From Macrostomum lignano (taxonomy: Eukaryota): a stretch of 64,000 nt of DNA. Each line of letters begins with the position of its first letter. The stretch's first letter is position 1. Shown here piece after piece: positions 12,291 to 24,828 of this stretch. The notes below the pieces were generated by a model, which made no database searches, had not been told where the DNA came from, and saw only the letters and a program-made list of their open reading frames with translations. Location of the stretch: contig NIVC01001456.1 of NCBI GenBank assembly GCA_002269645.1, positions 222,228-286,227 of the forward strand, in the 5' to 3' direction. A program made the translations under genes and the position numbers.

Positions 12291-13245
12291 AGCTGTTCTG
12301 TGCCTATCCGGCCAGTCGTCCATTCTAAGGTTTTATGTTCCTGTTATATGCATTGCTGATACATCATGCCAAGTTGTTATCTCGCACACGAATTAGCATC
12401 ATTTTTTGGCCGTTTATTGACGGTGCTTGACATTCTGTCATTCAATGATCTCCGCTGTCTCGGGCATCATTGCTTTAGTAGCAATAAGCATTTGCTCAGC
12501 TGTTACTGTACTATTTTTGTTTAGGCAACAACAGCAAAGAATGCACAATATTCTTTGTAAATATCAGGTACACAATCTTAAGCATTTCTAATTTTTGTAC
12601 TGAAGCAATACATGAAATGCAAATAAATACACAGATACGAAATATTGAGGCTCAAACTTTGTTTTGATAAAAATAACTCATATCGATTTTGAAAGCAAAA
12701 CAAAAATCTTATGGCAGCTTTCTTCGCATTTCTTCCATCCTTTAAATAAGCTTCAACAGTTTGATGCGCTCAAACTACTTACATGTACATGCATAAGTAG
12801 GCATGCGGAGTATGAGCTTAGTTAAGTAATTTACTATTAAAATCTGAACGATACAAGGAGCTTAAGCAGCCGACTCCAGCAATATTGAGTATATTGGCAG
12901 CAATAAATTCATCAAAAAAACTTTTCGAATCGCCTGCCGTTATCTGCCTGCTCTCTGGTCACGTTTTCAAAGCAACAAAAAGCACAGTTGCTGCCCCCGT
13001 TAATTAAATCGAACTGTCAGCAGGTAGCACACAGGCCTGCAGAAGTTGGTATCTTTGAAGCCGCTTGCAGCAAATATTGGCTCAGACATCTCTCGCATCG
13101 GTCCGTGCTCCAGCTGTTTGCGCTGAGACGCGGCTATTTAAGACAGCTCGCCATATTGCAAAGCTGCTCTGCACCTGCCTTCAGCGCTTAGCCTTTGTGT
13201 CACAGTTGCATCGCTTCCAACCAACAGATTCGCTACAGCGCAGTT

Positions 13246-14421
13246 ATGAACCCGCTGACAATCTTGACCTTGACGCTGGTGTCTCTGGGAGCCGCGGTCG
13301 TTGCCACTCCGATGCCGCCCGTTCAGTCGTCCATGACTGACGGGGCCAACAAGCTGCAACGGTGATTGACTGAAATTTTGTTTTCATGGACTACGGGTTA
13401 TTGCGTTTCTTAGAATTCATTGACTACGGGGCATTGCGTTTCTTAGAATTCATTGACTACGGGGCATTGCGTTTCTTAGAATTCATTGACAGTGGGGTAT
13501 TGCTTTTCTTAAAAAAAGAAAAAACTTAACTAATTCGTCTTTTCTAAAAATTGCTGCAAAAGTTACTATTTTACGAGCTATTTCAACAAAATCAGTGTAG
13601 TATCCTTTGCTACATTAATAACAAAAGCACGTTTATAATAAAATGGCAATATTTAACATCCGCAGCAACAATGCCGCCTTGTATCGGAATCTTCTGCTGC
13701 GAACTCGCGACGCTTTGCACACAATCAACGTGGCCGATAAGTAATTTGCTAGCTTGAAATATCTGAAACATCTTGCATAAATATACGTAATTTAATGTGT
13801 GCCTAACTTAATCTATTGCAGAGATCTGCACAAACTGGCCAACCTACTGGTGCAGGCCCTGTCTCTGAAGCAGGGCATCAGGCGGCAGGTCACGGCTCTG
13901 CGGTAAGCATTTAATAGGCATCTGTGCATCGCTAAGAAGCTGGGTCCGTGTAGCTTGGCGGTCTAGCGGGTCGCTTGTTTGTTCGAAAGGTTGTGGGTTC
14001 GAATCCCATGAATCAAAATAAAAAAAATTCTAAAGATGCTTAATGTATAAACAAGCGGTCTAGCGTGTCTCCCTTCTATGCCGAAGGTCCTGGGTTCGAT
14101 TTCAAACTCGCCAAATTTAATAAGAAGCATCATCGAGAAAGCCGCGGGGTTGCTAGCTCTTCTGTGACTAAGGTCCGGGCTTCGATTTCATTCTTTCAGT
14201 TAAACTTAGCGAAAAACTTCATTGGGAAAGTTTGGCTGTTCGGAAGGTCGCGGGTTCGATTTCCATATGGGAAAAATACAAAGAATCCCCAACCTACGCA
14301 CGGCAGCAAGCGGGCCTGCGGTGTCCTGGACCTCGGCGGTCATTGCGACGCTGAGTATGGCGCCGAGCTGCTGGACCAGATCAACCACATGCTGAAGCCC
14401 GGCGGCCCGGGACGCCGGTGA
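13246..14421 (+). CDS. Calcitonin-type neuropeptide precursor, 103 aa; exons 13246-13361, 13822-13902, 14307-14421
   Basis: Two phase-2 GT-AG introns join in frame to give MNPLTILTLTLVSLGAAVVA-TPMPPVQSSMTDGANKLQR|DLHKLANLLVQALSLKQGIRRQVTALR|KR-ACGVLDLGGHCDAEYGAELLDQINHMLKPGGP-GRR*. This is a signal peptide, a KR cleavage site, a 32-aa peptide with an N-terminal Cys pair, a C-terminal Pro with Gly amide donor and RR. AATAAA follows at 14446. Confidence 0.88.
13389..13510. repeat. 33-bp tandem repeat x~3.7 in intron 1 of the neuropeptide gene
   Basis: Unit GACTACGGGGCATTGCGTTTCTTAGAATTCATT. Confidence 0.9.
13943..14270 (+). pseudogene. Four degenerate tRNA-like or SINE-head units in intron 2 of the neuropeptide gene
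   Basis: B-box-like GGTTCGAATCCC at 13996, with variants GGTTCGATTTC, GCTTCGATTTC and GGTTCGATTTCC at 75-100-bp spacing, each preceded by AAGGT. A-box-like TAGCTTGGCGG at 13951. No complete cloverleaf. Confidence 0.55.
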
Positions 14422-14445
14422 AGTTAAAGTTGAAGCGATGATGCA

Positions 14446-14451
14446 AATAAA
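14446..14451 (+). promoter_or_regulatory. Polyadenylation signal of the neuropeptide gene
   Basis: AATAAA 25 nt after the stop codon; a second copy lies near 14507. Confidence 0.55.
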
Positions 14452-15078
14452 ATCGGTTGCAAAATACTTTGACCTTCAAGATCAATGAATCATAGAAGTT
14501 TGAGCGAATAAAAATTTTAACTAAATAAGCGAACTTCGTAGCATTGAAGCATATACCGACCGATATATTTTCCTTTCTTTGCTACAAAACAATAATTTTT
14601 CGATATTGCTACTTGGCAGTAAAGAAGTCCGCATATTACGAGCGTATTTTCACAGTTTTCGCCAGAATCCAGAAGCTGGGATTTCAACAGGCTCAGTCAG
14701 ACAGCCGCGGCCAAGTGGTTAATTTTCAGATATCGGCCAATCTGACGGCATGAGTGGAGCCATGAATAGTCGATGAAGACGCGCTGGCTGGAAGCGAGGC
14801 GTTGCACCGCAGCATCAGGCGAATCTCTCCATCACTTGAGAACTCATTTCTCTTATCTGCTGTTTGATGATGGGCAGAGAAGCTGGGCGGCTGAGAACTT
14901 TCATGCAGTCAATTTTGGACGACTAAAACTATCCAGCATTCTGCTCTGCGGATCACCCTGACACCAATAAAATGCTGAGATTGGCTCTCCATCGGGAACT
15001 GCTGAGCTCGGAGCTCAGATTTGTGCCATGCTGCATCTGCAGCTGATGGAGCTGGGCTGCTGTGGGCTCTGGGGTTGG

Positions 15079-16140
<1,062 letters not shown>

Positions 16141-16739
16141 TACACTAAGCCACTAAAGCACTAATCCAGTAGCAGCAACAAAGAGTCAAAGCCATCTACA
16201 GCACATAACGATCAGGAAGTGATGCAGAGCAAAGCAGGCTCCGATAATGGATGAGCTGACTCGCCAGGTCCCGATGAAGGCAGTTTAATAGGCCCTATAA
16301 AAATCTCCTCTCGGGCCGCGCAGTCATAAAGACGCAGGAGAACAGAAGGCAAGAGACTCGAGAGTCGAGTCTACTGTCTGTCCCGTGCAGCTGTTTATGC
16401 CAGCCATGATATTCTCGCACCCGCTGCCGCCAATCGGCCCCGATCATTTGCATAAGACAGGCAGTTGCCCTCCTCCTTGTCAAGGACCGCCATGCACACA
16501 GGGATTTTGATTTGCGTGCAATATTAATATATCTTAGGTATAGAAAGATGATGTACGAGCGGAGGAGCCTGTTAATGTTTTAATAAGTTGCTTTCTTGTC
16601 AAACTTTATCCGAAAACGGTGATAATTTGTGGTTTCTATTCAGGCGGAACTGAATGGACCACTTAGCATTCAGGACCAGCTAGACTGAATAAATTTCGCG
16701 CTAGCACCGCGAACGTTGAGGCTACAGTCAAAATCCAGC

Positions 16740-17122
16740 AAAATCGACAGTCAAAGCTACAATTAAATACAGACAGTTGTAGAGCCAAAGCTGCAGCCAA
16801 ATACAGACAAAGCTACAGCAAAATACAGACAAAGCTACAGCTAAATACAGAAAAAGCAACAGTTAGATACAGACAAAGCTACAGCTAAATACAGAAAAAG
16901 CTACAGCTAAATACAGACAAGCTACAGCTAAACACAGACAAAGCTACAGCTAAATACAGACAAGCTACAGCTAAACACAGACAAAGCTACAGCTAAATAC
17001 AGACAAAGCTACAGCTAAATACAGACAAAGCTACAGCTAAATACAGACAAAGCTACAGCAAAATACAGACAAGCTACAGCTAAATACAGACAAAGCTACA
17101 GCTAAATACAGACAAGCTACAG
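16740..17122. repeat. 21-22-bp minisatellite
   Basis: Unit AAATACAGACAAAGCTACAGCT. Confidence 0.93.
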
Positions 17123-17512
17123 CAATTTTACTGTCAGGGACAGCCAAAGCTACAGTACAGGGGGCTGAGGTCCTGAGCACACTTATGCACATGCAGATGT
17201 TATTCCACTATGACTCATAGACATTTCCAATCGAAGGTGATTTATGGGCCCAAACAATGTGAAACCGATTGGGTGCAATAAATTTAGTCACTCAGTCACT
17301 CACTACACCCTGCAAATCTTTATAAAATACAGAGCCACTGTCAGGCAGAACTGGCCACTTGCTGTCTCTCAGCCAATCAGCTTCGACCTGGTTCCGCCAT
17401 TGGTCCTCCTTAGCCCAGCAGCAGACTTTTCAACTTAAAAGTGTCGCGCAGAACAGCTGAGTTTACCCAGAGAATTGCAGCACTTTAAATTGTTTAGAAG
17501 TTAGAATTAAAC

Positions 17513-20500
17513 ATGGCATCATTTCAACAGCTTCTGCTGCTCCTAGCAGCAGCAACAGCAACAGCTGCAGCAATGGTCGCATCGCCGACACCGTCGGATG
17601 TCGTCCTAGACGAGGAGCTGCCACCGGGCAGCCAGCCCGCCGAACTGCGTCAGGCGTTGATTCAGCGCGGCCTGGACAGCCCCGGATGCTGCGTCATGAT
17701 CCCGCCTCATCCGTACTTCGAGTACACCGCCAACGAGGCCGCGGCCCGCGCCGAGCTGACGGTCAAGAAGCGCCTGGACCGCGAGTCCATGTGCCCCGAC
17801 GCCGGCCTCTGCTGCAGCTCGGCCGAGCTGATCTGCCAGCTCAAGCTGCACTTCCTTGACCGTCGGCAGTCGGGCGCACCCCGGGAGATCGTCCTGACCG
17901 TCGGGCTTCGCGACATCAACGATCACCGGCCTGTCTTCCCAGAGGCCGAGCGCCGGATTCAGGTCAGCGAGGACGCCCCGCCGGGTCAGCTGGTCCGCCT
18001 GCCGCTGGCTTCCGATCCGGACTCCGACTCCAACTCGGTCAGGGACTACTCGCTGCTGCCGAGGGTCGGTGTCTTCGGCCTGCGCGAGGACCGGGCCGGC
18101 TCTGGCAGGGTGACCCATCTGTCACTCGAGCTGCTGGACAGGCTGGACAGGGAGGCCCAGCCGGTGCACAATCTGACCCTGGTGAGAGCCACTGCATCAC
18201 CCACTCCATCACCCACTGCATCACACACTGCATCACCCACTCCATCACCCACTGCATCACACACTGCATCACCCACTCCATCACCCACTGCATCACACAC
18301 TGCATCACCCACTCCATCACTCACTCCATCATCCACCCCACCACTCCATCACCCACTCCATCACCCACTCCAGCACCCACTCCATCACCCACTTCATCAC
18401 CCACCCCATCACCTACCCCACCACACGCTCTATATCCCCAGGTTGCCACAGACATCGACGGCCAAAACGCCAGCCTCCGCCTCATCGTGAACGTCACGGA
18501 CGTGAACGACAACCGGCCGCAGTTCCACCCAACCGGCCACCGGACTGTCCGAGTTCGCGAGTCCGACCCGGCCGGCAACTGTCCGGTCCAGCTGTCGGCC
18601 ACCGATCCGGACAGTGGCGAGAATGGCCGAGTAATCTTCGAGCTGGACCCGCACCAGCCGGACCTGGCCGCGGTCGATGCCAACTTTCGCGTGTCGCCAT
18701 CGAGCGGCTTCATCTGCCATCGTCGGAGTCTGGACTACGAGACTAAGGAGATCTTCGAGCTGTCCGTCATCGCCAGGAATCCCACGCCGATCAGAGGCGA
18801 CCCTGGAGCTGGCGGAGCTGGCAGCCGGCTGGCGACGGCCACCGTGACGGTGCTGGTTGTTGATGAGAATGATGAGGCGCCCCAGCTGCAGCTGGACTAT
18901 CTGGATGGGACAGCGGAGGTGTGAACTGGATTTGGGGTCTTCGGTAATCTAAAAAGTCCACAATGAATAAACTGTTACCAATCAGTCGCCAATCAGTCAC
19001 CAATCAATCACCAATCAGTCACCAATCAGTCACCAATCAGTCACCAATCAACCACCAATCACCAATCAGTCACCAATCAGTCACCAATCAGTCACCAATT
19101 AATCACCAATCAGTCACCAATCAACCACCAATCACCAATAAGTCACCAATCAGTCACCAATAAGTCACCAATCAGTCACCAATAAGTCACCAATCAGTCA
19201 CCAATCAGTTACCAATAACTAATCAGTCACCAATCAGTCACCAATCGATCACCAATAACCAATCAGTCACCAACAAATCAACCCAGGTAACGGAGAACGA
19301 CCGCCGAGGCCACACCTTGGCGGCCCTGCAGGCCACGGACAGGGACCGGGGCGACAACGGCCGGGTGAGCTGCCAGATCGACCAGCCCGACCTGCGCGAC
19401 GTCTTCGAGCTTCTGCCCACCGCCGGCTCAGCATCCGCCGGCGCTTCATCCGGTCAGCCGCAGCGCTGGCGATTCTACCTGGGCACCAGGGACGGAGGTC
19501 CCGGACTCGATCGCGAGGCCCACCTGAAACTCGGACCGATGGCGGCTCACCGAGAAGTCGTCCGACTCAACGTCGGCATCGTCTGTCGCGACGGCGGCCA
19601 ACCGGCCAATGTCCGGTTCGCCAACGCCTCCGTGCTCATCGGTGACGTCAACGACAATGCGCCAGCGCTGCGGCTGGTCCGGTCTGCCGCTGCCGCTACA
19701 GCAGGCGGCGGCGACAAAGACCTCTTAGCTTCGGCCAGCGTGCCCGAGAACCGTCCGCCCGGCTTCCACGTCGCCAAGCTCGACGCTCACGACCTCGACT
19801 TCGGCGTCAACGGCTCAGTGGCGTTCGCGCTCGATCCGGCTGGCACCGACACTTTGGCGCTGGACGCCTTCGACGTTCGAAGCGACGGCTTGTTGGTCAC
19901 CCGACGGACGCTCGATCGAGAGTCGGCGATGCCGCCCATAGACAGCTTCCGGGTAGCCGTGATGGCGCACGACCGGGGCAGCGCCGTCCGGCTCAGCTCC
20001 GCCCTGACGCTCCACGTCCGCCTGATCGACGAGAACGACAACGCGCCGGTCATCCTGCCGCTGGCCAGATCTGCGGCGGCGGCCGCCGGCGCCGGGCTGG
20101 AGTTCCGCCTGGCGGAGAACAACAAAGCCGGTGCCGCTGTCGGCCGCCTGCGCGTCGTGGACGCCGACTTCGGACCGGACGAAGCCGACTGGCGACGGCG
20201 TCGGCGTCGGGTCTCGCTGTCACCGGCGGCGACTTCGAGTTCGACGCCTGGCGGCGGCGCTCGACTGCCGTTTCGAGTGCGGCCGTCGACAGGCCCGGAC
20301 CCGGACGAGTTCATCATCGAAGCCACGGACGTGCTGGACGCGGAGCGCCAGGCCGAGTACCGCTTCCTGCTGCTGGCCAGCGACGGTCAGCACTCCTCCA
20401 GCTGCAATGTCACTGTCATCGTCGAGGACGTCAACGACCACCCGCCGAAGATCTTCTATCCTTGCAGCGGCAGCGGCGGCAATCGGAACTCGAGCTCCGT

Positions 20501-21227
20501 CCGCCAGTTGCTGAGGAACCACAGCGTCTCCTGGCGCGAGCCGGTGGGCTACACGGTGCTGAAGGTCAACGCCAACGACGAAGACTTCGACAAGACTGGG
20601 AACGGCAGGTTCCAGTTCAGTCTGCGGGAGGCCCCGGCTGCCGGACAGTCTGGTGACGCCGTCCGGCCACTGTTCAGTGTCGATCCCGACGGTGGGCAGA
20701 TCCGGGTGGCCGCTCGCATGACCGGCCGAGACCGCGGCGTCCGGCGCCTGACGGTAACAGCGACCGACCGAGGACAGCCGCGGCCGCTGGCCACCGAGTG
20801 CGTCTTCGACGTGACGGTGGACAGCTCGGAGCCGAGAAGCCAAGCAGCCTTGGCGCCGCGTCTCGGCGAAGATGGAGGAGGAAGAGACGGTGGCGGCGTG
20901 TTCACCCAGGTGCCGCCGATGCCACGCCAGAAGCAGCAGTTCGGAGACTCTGTCGTGCTGGCCGTTGTTGGCATTTTCGCGCTGCTGTTGCTATTGGCAA
21001 CGGTGCTGCTGCTGCTGTACGCCAGGCATTGGCACGCGGCGCCGGGCTTCCTGCCAGACGTGCTGGGCGCCTGCTTCGGCAGGAGGGAGCAGCGGAGCCA
21101 GGCGGGCCGTGGCGGCGGCGGTGGCCGCGGCCTCAAGTCCGCTGAATCTGCCGAGGCTGCTGGAGCGGCCTTTCTCGGGGTCAAGTCGGGTCAGCCGGAT
21201 CAGCTGAGATCCAGGCCGCTCAGTCAG
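17513..21227 (+). CDS. Protocadherin (7 cadherin repeats, delta-like), exons 1-3: 17513-18181, 18442-18918, 19287-21227 (1029 aa: signal peptide, EC1-7, TM, start of cytoplasmic tail)
   Basis: Hydrophobic signal peptide. Six Ca-binding linkers (DINDHRP, DVNDNRP, DENDEAP, DVNDNAP, DENDNAP, DVNDHPP) plus LDRE/LDYE and DxD motifs. Cys pair in EC1. TM VVLAVVGIFALLLLLATVLLLLYA. All three introns are phase 0 with GT-AG ends. Confidence 0.92.
18190..18425. repeat. CCATCACCCACT-type repeat filling protocadherin intron 1
   Basis: 12-bp subunits in a 36-bp superunit, lying between donor 18182 and acceptor 18441. Confidence 0.9.
18975..19272. repeat. 11-bp minisatellite filling protocadherin intron 2
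   Basis: Unit CACCAATCAGT. Confidence 0.95.
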
Positions 21228-21264
21228 GTTAGTTGGGTAGTTAGTTACTTAGTTAGTCAGTTAC

Positions 21265-21299
<35 letters not shown>

Positions 21300-21322
21300 G
21301 TTAGTCAGTTAGTTAGTTAGTC

Positions 21323-21372
<50 letters not shown>

Positions 21373-21426
21373 ATAGTTAGTTAGTTAGGTAGGTAGTTAG
21401 TTAGTTAGATAGTTAGTTAGTTAGTC

Positions 21427-21460
<34 letters not shown>

Positions 21461-21484
21461 ATAGTTAGTTAGTTAGTTAGTTAG

Positions 21485-21516
<32 letters not shown>

Positions 21517-21530
21517 CTGGTTATTTAGTT
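21228..21530. repeat. (GTTA)n microsatellite starting at the exon 3 splice donor
   Basis: CAG|GTTAGTTGGGTAGTTAGTTAC... continuing as (GTTA)n. Confidence 0.95.
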
Positions 21531-21919
21531 TCCCCATTTCCCCAGCACAGTTAAGGATGGCCAGCTGGGTTGTTTCAAGCAATTAAATATTCAATAATGG
21601 TTGAAAAGCCAGGCACAGCTGGCATATAAAATGCTCTCAATTGAAGTGTGAAAATTGCCCCGTTCTCGCAGTCCAACCTGAAGGGAAAAATTGGTGGTCG
21701 CAGTGCTGCAAGCGATGAGGAAAACTGCACTAAACAGCCGGTGCTTACATTGCAGCATCAATTTCAGAATTTGAGTTAAACTCTGTTCCAGCGCATTATG
21801 AATTCTAGCCAGAGTAAATAGGGGTGCACGGACCAGATGGCCCTTAGGTAGTGTTATCATTGGTAAGCTCTTTAACACCAGGAATGATCCTTTTAAACTC
21901 CAATAACTCAGGCTGTAAA

Positions 21920-22345
21920 CTCCAATACTTGAGGCTGTAAACTCCAATACTTCAGGCTGTAAACTCCAATACTTCAGGCTGTAAACTCCAATACTTCAGG
22001 CTGTAGACTCCAATGCTTCAGGCTGTAGACTCGAATACTTCATACTGTAGACTCCAATGCTTCAGGCTGTAGACTCGAATACTTCAGACTGTAGACTCCA
22101 ATGCTTCAGGCTGTAGACTCGAATACTTCAGGCTGTAGACTCCAATACTTCAGACTGTAAACTCCAATACTTCAGGCTGTAGACTCCAATACTTCAGACT
22201 GTAAACTCCAATGCTTCAGGCTGTAGACTCGAATACTTCAGACTGTAAACTCCAATGCTTCAGGCTGTAGACTCGAATACTTCAGGCTGTAGACTCCAAT
22301 ACTTCAGACTGTAGACTCCAATACTTCAGGCTGTAGACTCCAATG
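21920..22345. repeat. 22-bp minisatellite
   Basis: Unit AGGCTGTAAACTCCAATACTTC and variants. Confidence 0.95.
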
Positions 22346-22432
22346 CTAAAGCAGCACAGAACATGAAAAGTTTACAAACTTCAGCTTCAAAGCTCAATCC
22401 ACGCTGACCCCAGAGAGATTTGACCTCTGCAG

Positions 22433-22478
22433 CGCACAGCGCAATGCACAGATCTGTCACAGTTCGGCATGCAATCAA
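22433..22478 (+). CDS. Candidate 46-nt protocadherin cytoplasmic micro-exon (RTAQCTDLSQFGMQS + 1 nt)
   Basis: GCTGAC branch-like site at 22403, CTCTGCAG acceptor and AA|GTGAGA donor. Phase 0 to phase 1 bridges exon 3 to the TGCAG acceptor at 33540. Confidence 0.35.
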
Positions 22479-22789
22479 GTGAGATTTTGATTCGTCACAA
22501 GATCGCAGAGGGGCGCCCTGATAGCTGCTGGTACATGCGGCTGGTCTGTCCGTCTATCCGACCCCATCTTCATCAAGACCGGCTGTCAAATACTGCGAGT
22601 CCCGCAACAGCTGACCTCAGCAGTTCACGCGGACACGGAAGTCACACCGCCCGTGTCCTCCCCTCCTTTCTTAGTTTTGTCTTTTCTGCGAGAATCTCTT
22701 AAGCGCTGATGTTTGTTTAAAAAATTGTGACTAATAATATCTAAATGCAGCCCAAAATGGCGAAACGAAGCGGGACGATGCGAGAGGTG

Positions 22790-23105
22790 AGGGTGAGAGG
22801 GGTGAGAGTGGGAGGGGTGAGAGAGAGGATAGAGAGAGGGAGAAAGTGAGAGTGAGAGGGGTGAGAGGGGTGAGAGGGAGAGGGTGGGGGAGAGAAGGGT
22901 GAAAGGGGTGAGAGGGGTGAGAGGGGTGAAAGGGAGAGGGGTGAGAGGGAGAGGTGAGAGGGAGAGGGAGAGGGGGAAAGGGGTGAGAGGGTGAGGGTGA
23001 GAGGGGTGAGAGGAGTGAGAGGGAGAGAGAGGGGGAGAAAGGGAGAGGGGTGAGAGTGAGAGGGGTGAGAGTGAGAGGGGTGAGAGTGAGAGGGGTGAGA
23101 GTGAG
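22790..23105. repeat. GA-rich GAGAGGGGT low-complexity tract
   Basis: Seen directly. Confidence 0.9.
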
Positions 23106-23679
23106 AAGTATTAAGGGAAATATGTTACATTCGAGCTCAATGTAGTCAGTTGTTTTGTTTCAGAATTTCCAACATTTCCAAGTTGATCTGACAGATGAGG
23201 CGCTCAGCTTATGATTCTGCAAGATTCCTAATTAATAGTTGCAGTGTATAACAGTTATAAGCATATTTGGTCTGCTTCTCTTTGTCCCTTCGATCTACCG
23301 CACTATTCAGCAGATCCCAGTTGAAGCAGTTTAACAAAACCCGCTCGGGATCGTCTGCTCATCTTCTACTAAAAGCAGAAATCGATTAGGGCATGAGAAG
23401 AAAGAACAGCAGTTCGTAGAAGACACGGGAGAGCGCACACTTGCTGCCAGGAAAATCCATAGCTACCCAGCTTTTTTACGCTTCTGCTTCAAAAGAGACG
23501 GTCGCTTCCAAGCCAAGAATTGTTTCCTTCTGCTTCTGCTCTTTTGCTGCAGGACTTTTAAAAAATGCAGCCTCTTTCTCTTGAGCATGAGGCGGCAAAC
23601 TCCGGCCCGCCAAGCCTCTCTATCCGGCCCTCGGGTCCTTTGAAACTTCACAACAGCAATCCGAGGTCGGTGTCTCGTC

Positions 23680-23890
23680 TCAGCTTTCGTCTCTTCCCTC
23701 TGCTCTTTTCTCTCTATTCTCTCGTATCTCCCCTCTTCTCTCCTCTATTCTCTCCCCTCTCATCTAATCTCCTCTCTCTTCCATTCTTCTCTCTTATTTC
23801 ATCTCTCTTTTCATCTAATCTCTTGCTTCTCGCCTCTTATCTCTTATCTCCTATTTCCTCCTGTCTCACCTCTGTTCCCTCTGCTCTCTC
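23680..23890. repeat. TC-rich polypyrimidine tract
   Basis: Seen directly. Confidence 0.8.
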
Positions 23891-24828
23891 ATCTGGCCGT
23901 TTAGGTAGGCACAGCGGTTTGACCCATTCCTGCTGTAGAAGCAGGTGCATCAGCATGGAAACCAGTGGAACTTTCCCTATTTGCCAGTTCAAAAATTCTT
24001 TTGGCAAGTTTTTCATCTGTAAAAGTCGCAATTCAGCGAAGCCTTAAAAACATGCGAAAAAAAGATTTTAAAAAAGCATTTTTTGCTAAAAGAGACTCGC
24101 CAGCAGGTTTAAACGCGCCACCGAAAGACACAGAAAAAAGCAAATTTTAACAGACTATCTAAAAGAAGAGAGAAATACATGACTTGCCAGCCAAGCCTGC
24201 AGCTCCCACAGCCCTCAGGGGCATGCGGCAGACTCCTGGAATCTGGAGGGAAAGGAAGGGTTCAAGTGACTCCCAAACTGTCTGCCTACTGCCCCGCTAT
24301 CTTAATTCGACCATGGCTTCGAAAAAGCAACTATTCGGCTCTGCTGCGGGGGGGGCGGCGCCAAGACAACGGATGCCTGCGCGACGTGGGCCCGGAGAAG
24401 CAAAAACAGTTTTTCTGCTTTTTTGCGACCCCGACTTGTCCCAGAGATGTATCCGCGACCGAGGGAATTAATTCCCGACCCCCGACCCCCCCCCCAACCC
24501 CACCGACTCCAATAAGCGAAGCAATAAAAGTCCCATTGGAATTCGAACACAAATTGATGTATACAGAAAGCCAGTTGGTCTTCAGATGTGACCGCCGGTG
24601 GTCAATCAGCCCGCAGCCTGTGCACCCCCTGAAGGATTACAAAACACTGGCGAAGCTGCCCGGTTTCTGGGAACTGCAATCGCTTTGTGCTGTCTTGCTG
24701 GCTGCGGGCCTGATGAACTCTATAAAAAATAGCCTCACTTTTCCCTGTCTTCATTTTTCTGTTGCTTTTTTATACCGTGGGGTCCGTGGCTTTTTAGCTG
24801 CCTAATTGACTGTGATTGCTGACTTCTT

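Noticed and set aside
13943-14270. Functional tRNA genes
   Set aside because: No unit forms a complete acceptor and anticodon cloverleaf by eye.
17606-21207. Alternative-frame and antisense ORFs over the protocadherin, and likewise over the RBM33, FNBP4 and SLC35E1 exons
   Set aside because: Expected shadows of GC-rich coding sequence; no domains or splice support.
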